NCBI GenBank assembly: GCA_046052125.1
Contig: JBJOMY010000001.1
Span: 448,001-512,000 of the forward strand
Source of the DNA: Cyanobacteriota bacterium
GTDB lineage: Bacteria > Cyanobacteriota > Cyanobacteriia > PCC-6307 > Cyanobiaceae
DNA: 64,000 nucleotides
Reading direction: 5' to 3'
The notes under the pieces were generated by a model. It was given only the letters and a program-made list of their open reading frames with translations. It was not told the origin of the DNA and searched no databases. The stretch's first letter is position 1. Each line of letters begins with the position of its first letter. Below are positions 9,765 to 19,361 of the stretch, piece after piece. Made by a program: the position numbers and the translations under genes.

Positions 9765-10010
9765 TCAGCCGATGCCGAGCAGGCCGCGGGTGAAAGCCTC
9801 ACCGCCGAGGGCAAGCTCAGTGGCGAGCAGAGCAATGAAACCAAGCATGGCCATGCGGCCGTTGAGCTTCTCGGCGCGCTCATGGAAGCCCCAGCCGCTC
9901 TCAACGTCCACCACCTGCATGCGGGGCTCAGAAGCAAAGGCGTTGAGGCGGCCGCCGTCTTCCTGGGTAACAGTGGCGCCGCGGATCACGGGGGAGGAGG
10001 CCTGAGTCAT
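9765..10010 (-). CDS. hli: High-light inducible protein (CAB/ELIP/HLIP family)
   Basis: AEKLNGRMAMLGF chlorophyll-binding motif. Confidence 0.93.
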   Translation of the reverse strand: MTQASSPVIRGATVTQEDGGRLNAFASEPRMQVVDVESGWGFHERAEKLNGRMAMLGFIALLATELALGGEAFTRGLLGIG

Positions 10011-10107
10011 GACGCTGCCTTGGAACTGATCGAAGTGTAACGCAATGTTGCGCGTTATTGCACAGCGTTAACGGCTCGGTCTGCTGCGCTGCCTCCTGAG
10101 GCGCAGC

Positions 10108-10755
10108 TCAGCGCAGGCGTTTCAGGCAGAGCTCCTCAAAGGCCGGGCGCAGGAGATAGGGGTAATCGCCCACCCAGAGCTTGAGCTGAGGCAACCAGGC
10201 ATCGCTGAGGGCTCCGATGCGAGAGAAGTCTTTGCGCTCGCTGAGCACCAGGCAGCGCACCACCATCCCCGGGCGAATCAACTTGTGCTTTTTGTCGTAG
10301 GGGAAGCGGATCGTGCCCAGATAGCCCTCCTCGTCTTCCAGCTCGAGGCACAGCCAGGTGCGGCGGTTCTCCACCAGCTCCAGGCGGCCCTGGCGATCGG
10401 TGGTTTCCTGGCGGCCCTCCACCAATTCCTTGGTGAAGGTGTCGGCCACTTCACCTTCAAAGATCGCGGCTGCGGGGTAGCGGCGCAGGGTGGCATTCTT
10501 GCGGCCAGCCTCCACGATCGGCCCCCAGAGCATGTAAGTCAGGAAGACGAACCCCACCACCAGAAGAATCGGGGACGCCTGGCTGCTCATGGCCACGCCT
10601 TGACTGATCAGGAGGCTGATGACCCCGCCGATCACGGAGATGAACAGACGCTGCAGCACCTTCTGAGGATTGCCGCTGCAGGCGTTGAATTGCGTACCGG
10701 TGGCCACTGCCGGAATCAGGCGCGGCAGCTCACCGGGGCGAAGCGGAATCAGCAT
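10108..10755 (-). CDS. Conserved cyanobacterial membrane protein
   Basis: 215 aa, two TM segments, LIPAVATGTQF N-terminus; follows dapB. Confidence 0.75.
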   Translation of the reverse strand: MLIPLRPGELPRLIPAVATGTQFNACSGNPQKVLQRLFISVIGGVISLLISQGVAMSSQASPILLVVGFVFLTYMLWGPIVEAGRKNATLRRYPAAAIFEGEVADTFTKELVEGRQETTDRQGRLELVENRRTWLCLELEDEEGYLGTIRFPYDKKHKLIRPGMVVRCLVLSERKDFSRIGALSDAWLPQLKLWVGDYPYLLRPAFEELCLKRLR

Positions 10756-10781
10756 GGCGCCAGTGTCGAGGCGTGCAGCGC

Positions 10782-11639
10782 TCAGAGCAAGCGCTCAAGG
10801 CCATACACCAGGCCATCGAGCTGGCGCACCTTGCGCACGCTCAGCAGCACACCCGGCATGTAGGCCGAACGATCAATCGTGTCGTGGCGGAGGGTGTACG
10901 TCTCACCGGGTGCGCCGAACATCACCTCCTGGTGCGCCACCAGACCGGGCAAACGAATCGAGTGCAGGCGCAGACCGCTGGGGCGCTCGCCACCGCGGCA
11001 GCCGGCCAGCGTTTCGTGCTCGTCCACCTGTTGGGGGTTGAACGATTTGCCGAGCTCCTCCATCAGCTCCGCCGTTTTGATGCAGGTGCCGCTGGGGGCA
11101 TCGGCCTTGCGGTTGTGGTGGAGCTCAGTGAGCTCTGCGAAGTCGTAAAAGCGGGCGGCGGCAGCGGCGGCCTGCTGCAGCAGCACCATCCCCACGGAGA
11201 AGTTGGGAATCACCGCACCGCCCACCGAAGCCTTTTGGGCAAAGCTCGCCAGATCCTGGAGTTGTTCCGGGCTGAGGCCCGTGGTGCCAATCACCGGGTG
11301 CACCCCGTAGGCAATCGCGCCCCGGGTGTGCTCGTACACCACTGATGGATGGGTGAAATCCACCAGCACAGCCCCGCGACCCGGGCCGTCGTTGCGCACG
11401 GCCTGACTGGCCTGGCAGAGGCAACCTTCGAAATCGGCAGTGATGGCCACCTCCAACTCACCAAGGCCGAGCTCCAGGCCCACATCAGCCCCCTCCTTGC
11501 CGGCGGTGGTGTCGATCGCGCCCGCCAGCCGACAATCGGGCGAGGCCAGCACCGCCTTCACCACCTCAGCGCCCATCCGGCCCAGGGCACCAGCCACCAC
11601 CACGGAGATCGGCTGAACGGCGGTGTCGGGGCTGGTCAT
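10782..11639 (-). CDS. dapB: 4-hydroxy-tetrahydrodipicolinate reductase
   Basis: [29 protein letters not shown]. Confidence 0.96.
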   Translation of the reverse strand: MTSPDTAVQPISVVVAGALGRMGAEVVKAVLASPDCRLAGAIDTTAGKEGADVGLELGLGELEVAITADFEGCLCQASQAVRNDGPGRGAVLVDFTHPSVVYEHTRGAIAYGVHPVIGTTGLSPEQLQDLASFAQKASVGGAVIPNFSVGMVLLQQAAAAAARFYDFAELTELHHNRKADAPSGTCIKTAELMEELGKSFNPQQVDEHETLAGCRGGERPSGLRLHSIRLPGLVAHQEVMFGAPGETYTLRHDTIDRSAYMPGVLLSVRKVRQLDGLVYGLERLL

Positions 11640-11761
11640 GGGGATAAGGCAATGGGCTGAGCCTATGGGCCACCCGCTCCAGGGCTGTAACAGCTTGGAA
11701 TCTGGGCTCGCGGAGGTGCCTGGACCTACGTAGGCTCCTTCACATTGCTCAATCAGCGCGC

Positions 11762-14700
11762 ATGTTCACGCAGGTCCGCTCCGCCTCCCGCCGCGTCAGC
11801 CCCGCGGAGGTGAACGGTCGGGCCGTGATGAAGGCCGTATACGTGGTGCTGGAGCCCCAGTATCAAAACGCGCTCACCCAAGCCGCCACCTCGCTCAACG
11901 ACCAAAACGGTCCGCTGGCGATCGATCTGTGTGGATACCTGATCGAAGAGCTGCGCGACCCGACGAATTACGCCGACTTCTGCGCCGATGTGGCCGAAGC
12001 CGATGTGTTCATCGGCTCGCTGATCTTCATTGAAGACCTGGCCCAGAAGGTGGTGGAGGCCGTGGCACCTCACCGCGATCGCCTCAAGGCCGCCGTGGTG
12101 TTCCCCTCCATGCCGGAGGTGATGCGCCTCAACAAGCTCGGCACCTTCTCCATGGCCCAGTTGGGCCAAAGCAAGAGCGCCATTGCCGGCTTCATGAAGA
12201 AGCGGAAGGAGGCCGGCGGCGCCGGCTTCCAAGACGCGATGTTGAAGCTGCTCAACACCCTGCCCACGGTGTTGAAGTATCTGCCGGTGGAGAAGGCGCA
12301 GGATGCCCGCTCCTTCATGCTCAGCTTCCAGTACTGGCTGGGCGGCACTCCGGACAACCTCCGGAACTTCCTGCTGATGCTGGCGGATAAATACGTCTTC
12401 CCCCGCAACAGCGACGACCGGCCCGCGCTGCAGGTGGCCGATCCTGTTGTGTTCCCCGATCTGGGCATCTGGCACCCTCTGGCCCCCTCGATGTTCGAGG
12501 ACCTCAAGGAGTACCTCAACTGGAACGCCAGCCGCAAAGACCTCTCGGAGAAAGCCCGCAAAGGCCCGGTGATCGGCCTGGTGCTGCAGCGCAGCCACAT
12601 CGTCACCGGCGATGAAGCCCACTACGTGGCGGTGATCCAGGAGATGGAATTCCGCGGCGCCACCGTGATTCCGGTGTTCTGCGGCGGCCTCGACTTCACC
12701 AAGCCGGTGAATGCCTTCTTCTACGACCCGATCAATCCCGATGTGCCGTTGGTGGACGGCGTGGTGTCACTCACCGGTTTTGCCCTCGTGGGCGGCCCGG
12801 CCCGCCAGGACCACCCCAAGGCGATCGAGGTGCTGAAGAAGCTCAATCGTCCCTACATGGTGGCGCTGCCGCTGGTGTTCCAGACCACCCAGGAATGGGA
12901 AGAGAGCGACCTCGGCCTGCACCCGGTGCAGGTGGCGCTGCAGATCGCGATCCCTGAGCTTGATGGCGCCATTGAGCCGATCGTGCTCAGCGGCCGCGAC
13001 GACGCCACCGGCAAGGCCCACACCCTGCAAGACCGGGTGGATGCCATCGCCGAGCGGGCGATCCGCTGGGCCTCGCTGCGGATCAAGCCCCGCGCCGAGA
13101 AGAAGCTGGCGATCACGGTGTTCAGCTTCCCGCCCGATAAGGGCAACGTGGGCACCGCCGCCTACCTCGACGTGTTCGGCTCGATCTACCGCGTGCTCGA
13201 GGAGATGCGGGCCAAGGGCTACGAGGTGAAGGATCTGCCCGCCACTCCCAAGGCGCTGATGGAGGCGGTGCTCCAGGACCCTGAAGCACTGGAAGGAGCC
13301 CCCGAGCTAGCCATCGCCCACCGCATGAGCGTGGAGGAATACGAGCGGCTCACCCCCTATTCCGAGCGCCTTGAGGAGAACTGGGGCAAACCGCCCGGCA
13401 CCCTCAACACCGATGGCACCAACCTGCTGATCTTCGGCCGCCACTTCGGCAACGTGTTTGTTGGCGTGCAGCCCACCTTCGGCTACGAGGGTGATCCGAT
13501 GCGCTTGCTCTATTCCCGCAGCGCCAGCCCGCACCACGGCTTTGCCGCCTACTACACGTATCTCGAGAAGGTGTGGGGCGCCGATGCGGTGCTGCACTTC
13601 GGCACCCACGGCTCGCTGGAGTTCATGCCTGGCAAGCAGATGGGCATGAGTGAAACCTGCTACCCCGATTCACTGATCGGCGCGCTGCCCAACCTCTACT
13701 ACTACGCCGCCAACAACCCCTCGGAAGCCACCATCGCCAAGCGGCGCGGCTACGCCGAAACCATCTCCTACCTCACCCCGCCTGCCGAGAACGCTGGCCT
13801 CTACAAGGGCCTCAAAGAGCTGGGCGAGCTGGTGGGCTCCTACCAGCAGCTGCGGGAAGGCTCCCGCGGTGTGCAGATCGTGAACGCCGTGGTGGAAACG
13901 GCCCGCCAGTGCAACCTCGATAAAGACGTTGAGCTGCCCGAGGTGGATGCCTCCGAGCTCGATCTCGATGCCCGGGATTCAGTGATTGGCGCGGTCTACC
14001 GCCAGCTGATGGAGATCGAGAGCCGCCTCCTGCCCTGCGGCCTGCACACCATCGGCAAGCCCCCCACCGCCGAGGAAGCGATCGCCACCCTGGTGAACAT
14101 CGCCGCCCTCGAGCGCGACGACGACGGCCTTCGCTCCCTGCCGGCCCTGCTGGCCGAGAGCAAAGGCCGCACCATCACCGACGTGTACGCCGGCAACGAC
14201 AACGGTGTGCTCGCCGATGTGGAGCTCAACCGCGTCATCACCGAGACATCCCGCGCCGCCGTGGGCGCGATGGTGCAGGCCGTGACCGGCACCGATGGCC
14301 GCGTGACCCTGCGCCGCAACTTCGCCTGGTTCTTCAATCTGTTGGAGCAGTTCGGCTTCAAGCTGCCCAGCCCCTGGCTGAGCGCCTGCCGCAACGCCGG
14401 CTTCCCGGATGTGGATCAGGCCGAGCTCGACAAGCTGTTCGGCTACCTGCAGTTCTGCCTTGAGCAGGTGTGCGCCGATCTGGAGATGCAGAGCCTGCTG
14501 CGGGCCCTCGATGGCGAATACGTGCTGCCCGGCCCCGGCGGCGACCCGATTCGCAACCCCGGTGTGCTGCCCAGCGGCAAGAACCTGCACGCCCTCGATC
14601 CCCAGGCCATCCCCACCAAGGCCGCGATCGCCGCCGCCAAGGGTGTGGTGGACAAACTGATCGAGCGTCAGAAGCAGGAGCAGGGCACCTGGCCCGAAAC

Positions 14701-15763
14701 GATCGCTTGCGTGCTCTGGGGCACCGACAACATCAAGACCTACGGCGAATCGCTGGCGCAGATCCTCTGGTTCATCGGCGTCAAGCCGGTGCCCGACTCC
14801 CTAGGCCGGGTGAACAAGCTGGAGCTGATCTCCCTCGAAGAGCTGGGCCGCCCCCGCATCGACGTGGTTGTGAACTGCAGCGGTGTGTTCCGCGACCTGT
14901 TCATCAACCAGATGGCGCTGATCGATCAGGGCGTGAAGATGGCCGCCGAGGCTGATGAGCCCCTGGAGATGAACTTCGTGCGCAAGCACTCCCAGGAGCA
15001 GGCCGAGAAGGAGGGCATCTCCCTGCGCGATGCCGCCACCCGCGTGTTCTCCAACGCCAGCGGCAGCTACAGCTCCAACGTGAACCTGGCGGTTGAGAAC
15101 AGCACCTGGGAAGAGGAGAACGAACTGCAGGAGATGTATCTCTCCCGCAAAACGTTCGCCTTCAACGCCGACAACCCCGGCGAGATGAACCAGAAGCGCG
15201 AGGTGTTCGAGTCGGTGATGAAGACCGCTGACGTGACCTTCCAGAACCTGGATTCCGCGGAGATCTCCCTCACCGATGTGAGCCACTATTTCGATAGTGA
15301 TCCCACCAAGCTGATCCAGGGCCTGCGCGACGACGGCAAGGCACCGGCGAGCTACATCGCCGACACCACCACCGCCAATGCCCAGGTTCGCTCGCTGAGC
15401 GAAACGATCCGCCTGGATTCACGCACCAAGCTGCTCAATCCCAAGTGGTACGAGGGCATGCTCAACTCGGGTTACGAGGGCGTGCGTGAAGTGGCGAAGC
15501 GCCTCAACTTCACCCTGGGTTGGAGTGCCACCAGCGGCGCCGTTGACAATTTCGTGTACGAAGAAGCAAACGAAACATTCATCAACGATCCGGAGATGCG
15601 CAAGCGGCTGATGGAGCTCAATCCCCATAGCTTCCGCCGCATTGTGGGCACGCTGCTGGAAGTTAACGGCCGCGGTTACTGGGAAACCTCCGACGAGAAC
15701 ATCCAGCAACTGCAGGAGATCTACCAGGAGATCGAAGACCGTATCGAGGGCGTGGCTAACTAA
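11762..15763 (+). CDS. chlH: Magnesium chelatase subunit H
   Basis: 1333 aa; [48 protein letters not shown]. Confidence 0.98.
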   Translation: MFTQVRSASRRVSPAEVNGRAVMKAVYVVLEPQYQNALTQAATSLNDQNGPLAIDLCGYLIEELRDPTNYADFCADVAEADVFIGSLIFIEDLAQKVVEAVAPHRDRLKAAVVFPSMPEVMRLNKLGTFSMAQLGQSKSAIAGFMKKRKEAGGAGFQDAMLKLLNTLPTVLKYLPVEKAQDARSFMLSFQYWLGGTPDNLRNFLLMLADKYVFPRNSDDRPALQVADPVVFPDLGIWHPLAPSMFEDLKEYLNWNASRKDLSEKARKGPVIGLVLQRSHIVTGDEAHYVAVIQEMEFRGATVIPVFCGGLDFTKPVNAFFYDPINPDVPLVDGVVSLTGFALVGGPARQDHPKAIEVLKKLNRPYMVALPLVFQTTQEWEESDLGLHPVQVALQIAIPELDGAIEPIVLSGRDDATGKAHTLQDRVDAIAERAIRWASLRIKPRAEKKLAITVFSFPPDKGNVGTAAYLDVFGSIYRVLEEMRAKGYEVKDLPATPKALMEAVLQDPEALEGAPELAIAHRMSVEEYERLTPYSERLEENWGKPPGTLNTDGTNLLIFGRHFGNVFVGVQPTFGYEGDPMRLLYSRSASPHHGFAAYYTYLEKVWGADAVLHFGTHGSLEFMPGKQMGMSETCYPDSLIGALPNLYYYAANNPSEATIAKRRGYAETISYLTPPAENAGLYKGLKELGELVGSYQQLREGSRGVQIVNAVVETARQCNLDKDVELPEVDASELDLDARDSVIGAVYRQLMEIESRLLPCGLHTIGKPPTAEEAIATLVNIAALERDDDGLRSLPALLAESKGRTITDVYAGNDNGVLADVELNRVITETSRAAVGAMVQAVTGTDGRVTLRRNFAWFFNLLEQFGFKLPSPWLSACRNAGFPDVDQAELDKLFGYLQFCLEQVCADLEMQSLLRALDGEYVLPGPGGDPIRNPGVLPSGKNLHALDPQAIPTKAAIAAAKGVVDKLIERQKQEQGTWPETIACVLWGTDNIKTYGESLAQILWFIGVKPVPDSLGRVNKLELISLEELGRPRIDVVVNCSGVFRDLFINQMALIDQGVKMAAEADEPLEMNFVRKHSQEQAEKEGISLRDAATRVFSNASGSYSSNVNLAVENSTWEEENELQEMYLSRKTFAFNADNPGEMNQKREVFESVMKTADVTFQNLDSAEISLTDVSHYFDSDPTKLIQGLRDDGKAPASYIADTTTANAQVRSLSETIRLDSRTKLLNPKWYEGMLNSGYEGVREVAKRLNFTLGWSATSGAVDNFVYEEANETFINDPEMRKRLMELNPHSFRRIVGTLLEVNGRGYWETSDENIQQLQEIYQEIEDRIEGVAN

Positions 15764-15774
15764 GGCCGCCGCGC

Positions 15775-16047
15775 ATGACATCCGCCAATGCCATGCGCCT
15801 CAAGCTGCTGCTGAAGGATGATCCACTCCTTCGGCAGCAGCTTTCTCATTGCGACAGCCCCGATCAAGCGATTGCCGTCTGCGCAAAGTTGCAGCTTCAG
15901 ATCAGCATGGCCGATCTCCTGCGCATGGAGGCTCAGATGACATTGACGCTCAATGATGAGCAACTCAATGCGTGGTATGAAACGCCCTACTGGAAGAGGG
16001 TCTTGATCAGCCTGGGCGCTGTACAACCGACTGAGCAGTCTCTATAA
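15775..16047 (+). CDS. Nif11-like leader-peptide domain protein
   Basis: D--LRQQL...AIAVCAK...IS-ADL...LNDEQL pattern of Nif11 leaders; no Gly-Gly cleavage site. Confidence 0.65.
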   Translation: MTSANAMRLKLLLKDDPLLRQQLSHCDSPDQAIAVCAKLQLQISMADLLRMEAQMTLTLNDEQLNAWYETPYWKRVLISLGAVQPTEQSL

Positions 16048-16081
16048 CCAACACGATTGGGAACGATCTCCCAGAGCCGGA

Positions 16082-16110
16082 TTGACACCCAAGGTGCGTT
16101 GGCTTAGATA
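16082..16110 (+). promoter_or_regulatory. Putative sigma70-type promoter for the hlyD-GT2 operon
   Basis: TTGACA-N17-TAGATA; perfect -35, imperfect -10. Confidence 0.4.
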
Positions 16111-16143
16111 CAGCGCAGAGATGCTCTAGAGCCCAGGGACGAT

Positions 16144-17328
16144 TTGGACTCAGACCAAGGGCACTCCACTCCATCTCTGCAACAGCACCAAACCGAGCAA
16201 GGCTGGTCTGCAGCCAAAACCAAATGGCTGCTCCAAACGCGCTGGCGCCAAGTGTCGGGGGCCGGCCTGCTCGGCCTCTGCATTGTCACCTTGGCAGTGA
16301 TCAATGTAAGAAAGCGCGCTGCCGAGGCTTACATCACCGGTGATGTGATCACCGTGAAGAGCCCGATCCAAGGACGGGTGGACGATGAAATGCTCAGCAC
16401 GGGGGAACTGTTCAAACCCGGCACGGCACTGGTGTCAGTGGTGGCCAGCCGGCAGGACGAAGCCCGGCAGCAGACAGCCCAATTGGAACTGGAGCAAACC
16501 AGAAAAGACATTCGCTCCACCGAGCTCGAACTCGACAATCTTGTGAGCGCCAACCAGGCAAGGCTGCGGAACGACCTCCAGAGCGCTGAGCGCGAACGAT
16601 TCGACCTCGAGGGTCAGGAGCAGCGTTATGCAAAGCAGGCGAGCCGATACAGGGAGCTGGTGAGCGTGGGTGCTGTGGATCCAGACACCCTGGCAGGCGT
16701 TGAAGCCAACGCCAACAGCTACCGGCAGCGCGCCACTAATCAACGGCGTGTTGTGAGCGACCTCCGGCAGGAACTCCAGGACGCCGAGAGCAAACGCAAA
16801 GCTGGCAGCAGGCAACTACCCCGATCAACGCGCAGGTTGGAAATGCTGGAACTGGAAATCAGCCGCATCAACAATCAGCTCAATCTCTTGAGAGGAAAAG
16901 AGAAAAAGCTTCTGGAGCTCGTGAATTCCAATCAACGGCGTTCTCAGTTTGTCTACAAGCCCAGCTTCAATGGCCTGATGCTCAGTAATCGCATCGCACG
17001 TGGCTCTGAAGTGAATGCTGGAGAAGCGTTGATCACTGTGGTGGACTGCGATCAGCTGAGGGTTGAGGCTGTGTTCAGCAGCAACAAGGTGAAGGACGTG
17101 CGCATCGGCGATCAGGTGAAGCTGAAGATGGCTCACCAGAACAGCGACGTCAGTGGTCGAGTGATCAGCATGCGTGGCGTGAGGGGGATCCGCGCACTGG
17201 AGAACACTGATGCGGCGCAGTTCAAGGCCACCAACGACGACCGGATGCGCCTTCAGATTGCACTCCCAGCAGACCACCAAGCCAGTAAAGACTGCCGACT
17301 GGGCGACCGCGTGGACGTTGAGCTCTAG
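16144..17328 (+). CDS. HlyD-family membrane fusion protein (BgsB/XcsB-like)
   Basis: N-terminal TM, VKSPIQG lipoyl half, long coiled coil, second lipoyl half and C-terminal beta-barrel. Confidence 0.85.
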   Translation: MDSDQGHSTPSLQQHQTEQGWSAAKTKWLLQTRWRQVSGAGLLGLCIVTLAVINVRKRAAEAYITGDVITVKSPIQGRVDDEMLSTGELFKPGTALVSVVASRQDEARQQTAQLELEQTRKDIRSTELELDNLVSANQARLRNDLQSAERERFDLEGQEQRYAKQASRYRELVSVGAVDPDTLAGVEANANSYRQRATNQRRVVSDLRQELQDAESKRKAGSRQLPRSTRRLEMLELEISRINNQLNLLRGKEKKLLELVNSNQRRSQFVYKPSFNGLMLSNRIARGSEVNAGEALITVVDCDQLRVEAVFSSNKVKDVRIGDQVKLKMAHQNSDVSGRVISMRGVRGIRALENTDAAQFKATNDDRMRLQIALPADHQASKDCRLGDRVDVEL

Positions 17329-17331
17329 GCG

Positions 17332-19302
17332 ATGGGTGCGGAAGTTCTCTTCCTGGCCATTGCTCTGCCAGTTGCGATCACGCTGCTGTTGCCCCGCTCC
17401 AATTGGCGCAGACTGCTACTGGTTGGCACCATTTTTATCTTTGGCTTGAGATATTTATGGTGGAGACTGGAGACCTTCCCTTGGACGAGCGATCAGTGGA
17501 GCGCTGAGTGGATCTGGTGGGTGGTGGTTCTCGCGATTGAACTGGCCGTGATCCTGGAGGTGACTCTCTTTTTGCTCTCGGTTGGCTGGCTCACGGATCG
17601 GCGAAACCAGGCCGACGTGGCCGAAGCACAACTCAGAGAGCGCTACGCCGTCCATGGCATCGACGCCATTCCTTCAGTGGATGTGTTCATCACCAGCTAC
17701 AACGAAGGACCAGAAGTTTTAGAGAAATCAATCCTGGGAGCGAGCTCGATCGACTACCCCAAGATCAGGGTCTGGGTGCTCGATGATGGCAAACGAGCCT
17801 GGCTTCAACAGTTTTGCGATGACGCTGGCATTCGATACATCACACGCGCGAGCAACACAGGTGCCAAAGCAGGAAATATCAATCACGCCTTGCAGCAGAG
17901 CGCAGGCGATCTGGTGATGCTGATGGATGCCGATTTTGTGGCCTATCGAAATTCGGCCTGGAGAACAGCGGGCCTATTCGCCGACCCCAAAATCGGCACC
18001 GTGCAAACGCCCCAGAACTTCTTCAATCCCGATGCGATTCAACACAACCTGGGGATCGCAGCGAGCTGGTGCGACGAACAATCCTTCTTCTTTCGCTTAA
18101 TCGCCCGAGGCCGAGACGCCCTTGGGGTGGCGTTCTGCTGCGGCTCCTGTTCGGTGCATCGGCGCAAAGCATTGATGGAAAGCAATGGCTTTCCAACGGA
18201 CTCCATCACCGAAGATATCCTCCTCACCATCAATTTCTGCCGGCTGGGCTGGAAAACGATCTATCTGGCCGAACCGATCTCCACAGGCCTGGCAGCAGAA
18301 ACGCTCGACTCCTTCTTTATCCAACGCAAACGCTGGGGGCGCGGCGGCATTCAGGTGGCCTGGTTGATGCTTGGACGCAAAGGGCTGAACTGGATTCAGC
18401 GGATCTTCTTCCTCCCCTACTCATGGATCACGCAATACAACAGCAGGCTGTTTTTTCAGATCGTGCCGATCGTGTTTTTCTTTTCAGGTATGGCGCCTCT
18501 GCCTGAGGTGGAGGCCGGCACGATTCTCAGCTACCAAGCCAGCTTCCTGGCTTCGATGATCGTGTCGATGGTGGTTCTCAGCGAGGGCTACTACATGCCT
18601 GTATTCAATGAAGCGGTGAGTTTGTTTGCCGCCTTTGAACTGGCACCAGAAATCCTGGCTGCCCTTGCCAAACCCTTTAGCAAGGGATTTGCCGTGACAC
18701 CAAAGGGGAACGATTCCCTATCGGGCTCCATCCTGCCCTACCAACAAACCTTGGTCCCCACCTCGGTGTTGCTGGTGCTCAACATTCTGATCCTCTGGAG
18801 AATCCTCTTTGCGATTGGAGACAGCGTCTCCGAGAGTTCCACAGGCTTACTCGCCTACGGCTTTCTCTGGTGTGTCTTCAACATCGTGCTGCTGGTGATC
18901 TCAGTGCTCCTATCGCTGCAGCGTCCTCAACCGCGGCTGGAGCATCGGATGTTGATCAACAGGATCGCCCACGTGCGCAACCAGGATGGATCGATCATTG
19001 AGGCCAGGCTCATTGATCTATCCCTCACGGGAGCCCTCATTGAACCTACTCACAACGAGAGCTTCAGCGGGGATCCGATCCAGATGTTGGAACTGGAAAC
19101 TGGCTTGATGGTTCCCGTGATTCAGCAATGGAAGCGCCGGGGCGAATTACTGGCACTCAACTTTGCCGAACTGGATCTCGCCACGAAGAAAGGAGTGGTT
19201 GCTTATGCCTTCAGCGGCGCATTCAAATCCTCCGAACAGCCGCAGCAGATTGATCTGGGCAAAACGATCCGCCAGGTGATGGCCCAAGCGGCTAGGGCCT
19301 AG
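17332..19302 (+). CDS. Processive GT2 beta-glucan synthase (cellulose-synthase-like) with C-terminal PilZ
   Basis: DDG, KAGNIN, DADF, QTPQNF, FCCGS, TED, QRKRW; PilZ-type RLEHR and DLSLTG. Confidence 0.92.
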   Translation: MGAEVLFLAIALPVAITLLLPRSNWRRLLLVGTIFIFGLRYLWWRLETFPWTSDQWSAEWIWWVVVLAIELAVILEVTLFLLSVGWLTDRRNQADVAEAQLRERYAVHGIDAIPSVDVFITSYNEGPEVLEKSILGASSIDYPKIRVWVLDDGKRAWLQQFCDDAGIRYITRASNTGAKAGNINHALQQSAGDLVMLMDADFVAYRNSAWRTAGLFADPKIGTVQTPQNFFNPDAIQHNLGIAASWCDEQSFFFRLIARGRDALGVAFCCGSCSVHRRKALMESNGFPTDSITEDILLTINFCRLGWKTIYLAEPISTGLAAETLDSFFIQRKRWGRGGIQVAWLMLGRKGLNWIQRIFFLPYSWITQYNSRLFFQIVPIVFFFSGMAPLPEVEAGTILSYQASFLASMIVSMVVLSEGYYMPVFNEAVSLFAAFELAPEILAALAKPFSKGFAVTPKGNDSLSGSILPYQQTLVPTSVLLVLNILILWRILFAIGDSVSESSTGLLAYGFLWCVFNIVLLVISVLLSLQRPQPRLEHRMLINRIAHVRNQDGSIIEARLIDLSLTGALIEPTHNESFSGDPIQMLELETGLMVPVIQQWKRRGELLALNFAELDLATKKGVVAYAFSGAFKSSEQPQQIDLGKTIRQVMAQAARA

Positions 19303-19361
19303 CGGCTGGATCGTGGACAGGCCTAACCAGGCTCGCTAGACCGCAGAGGGGTGAACAGGCC

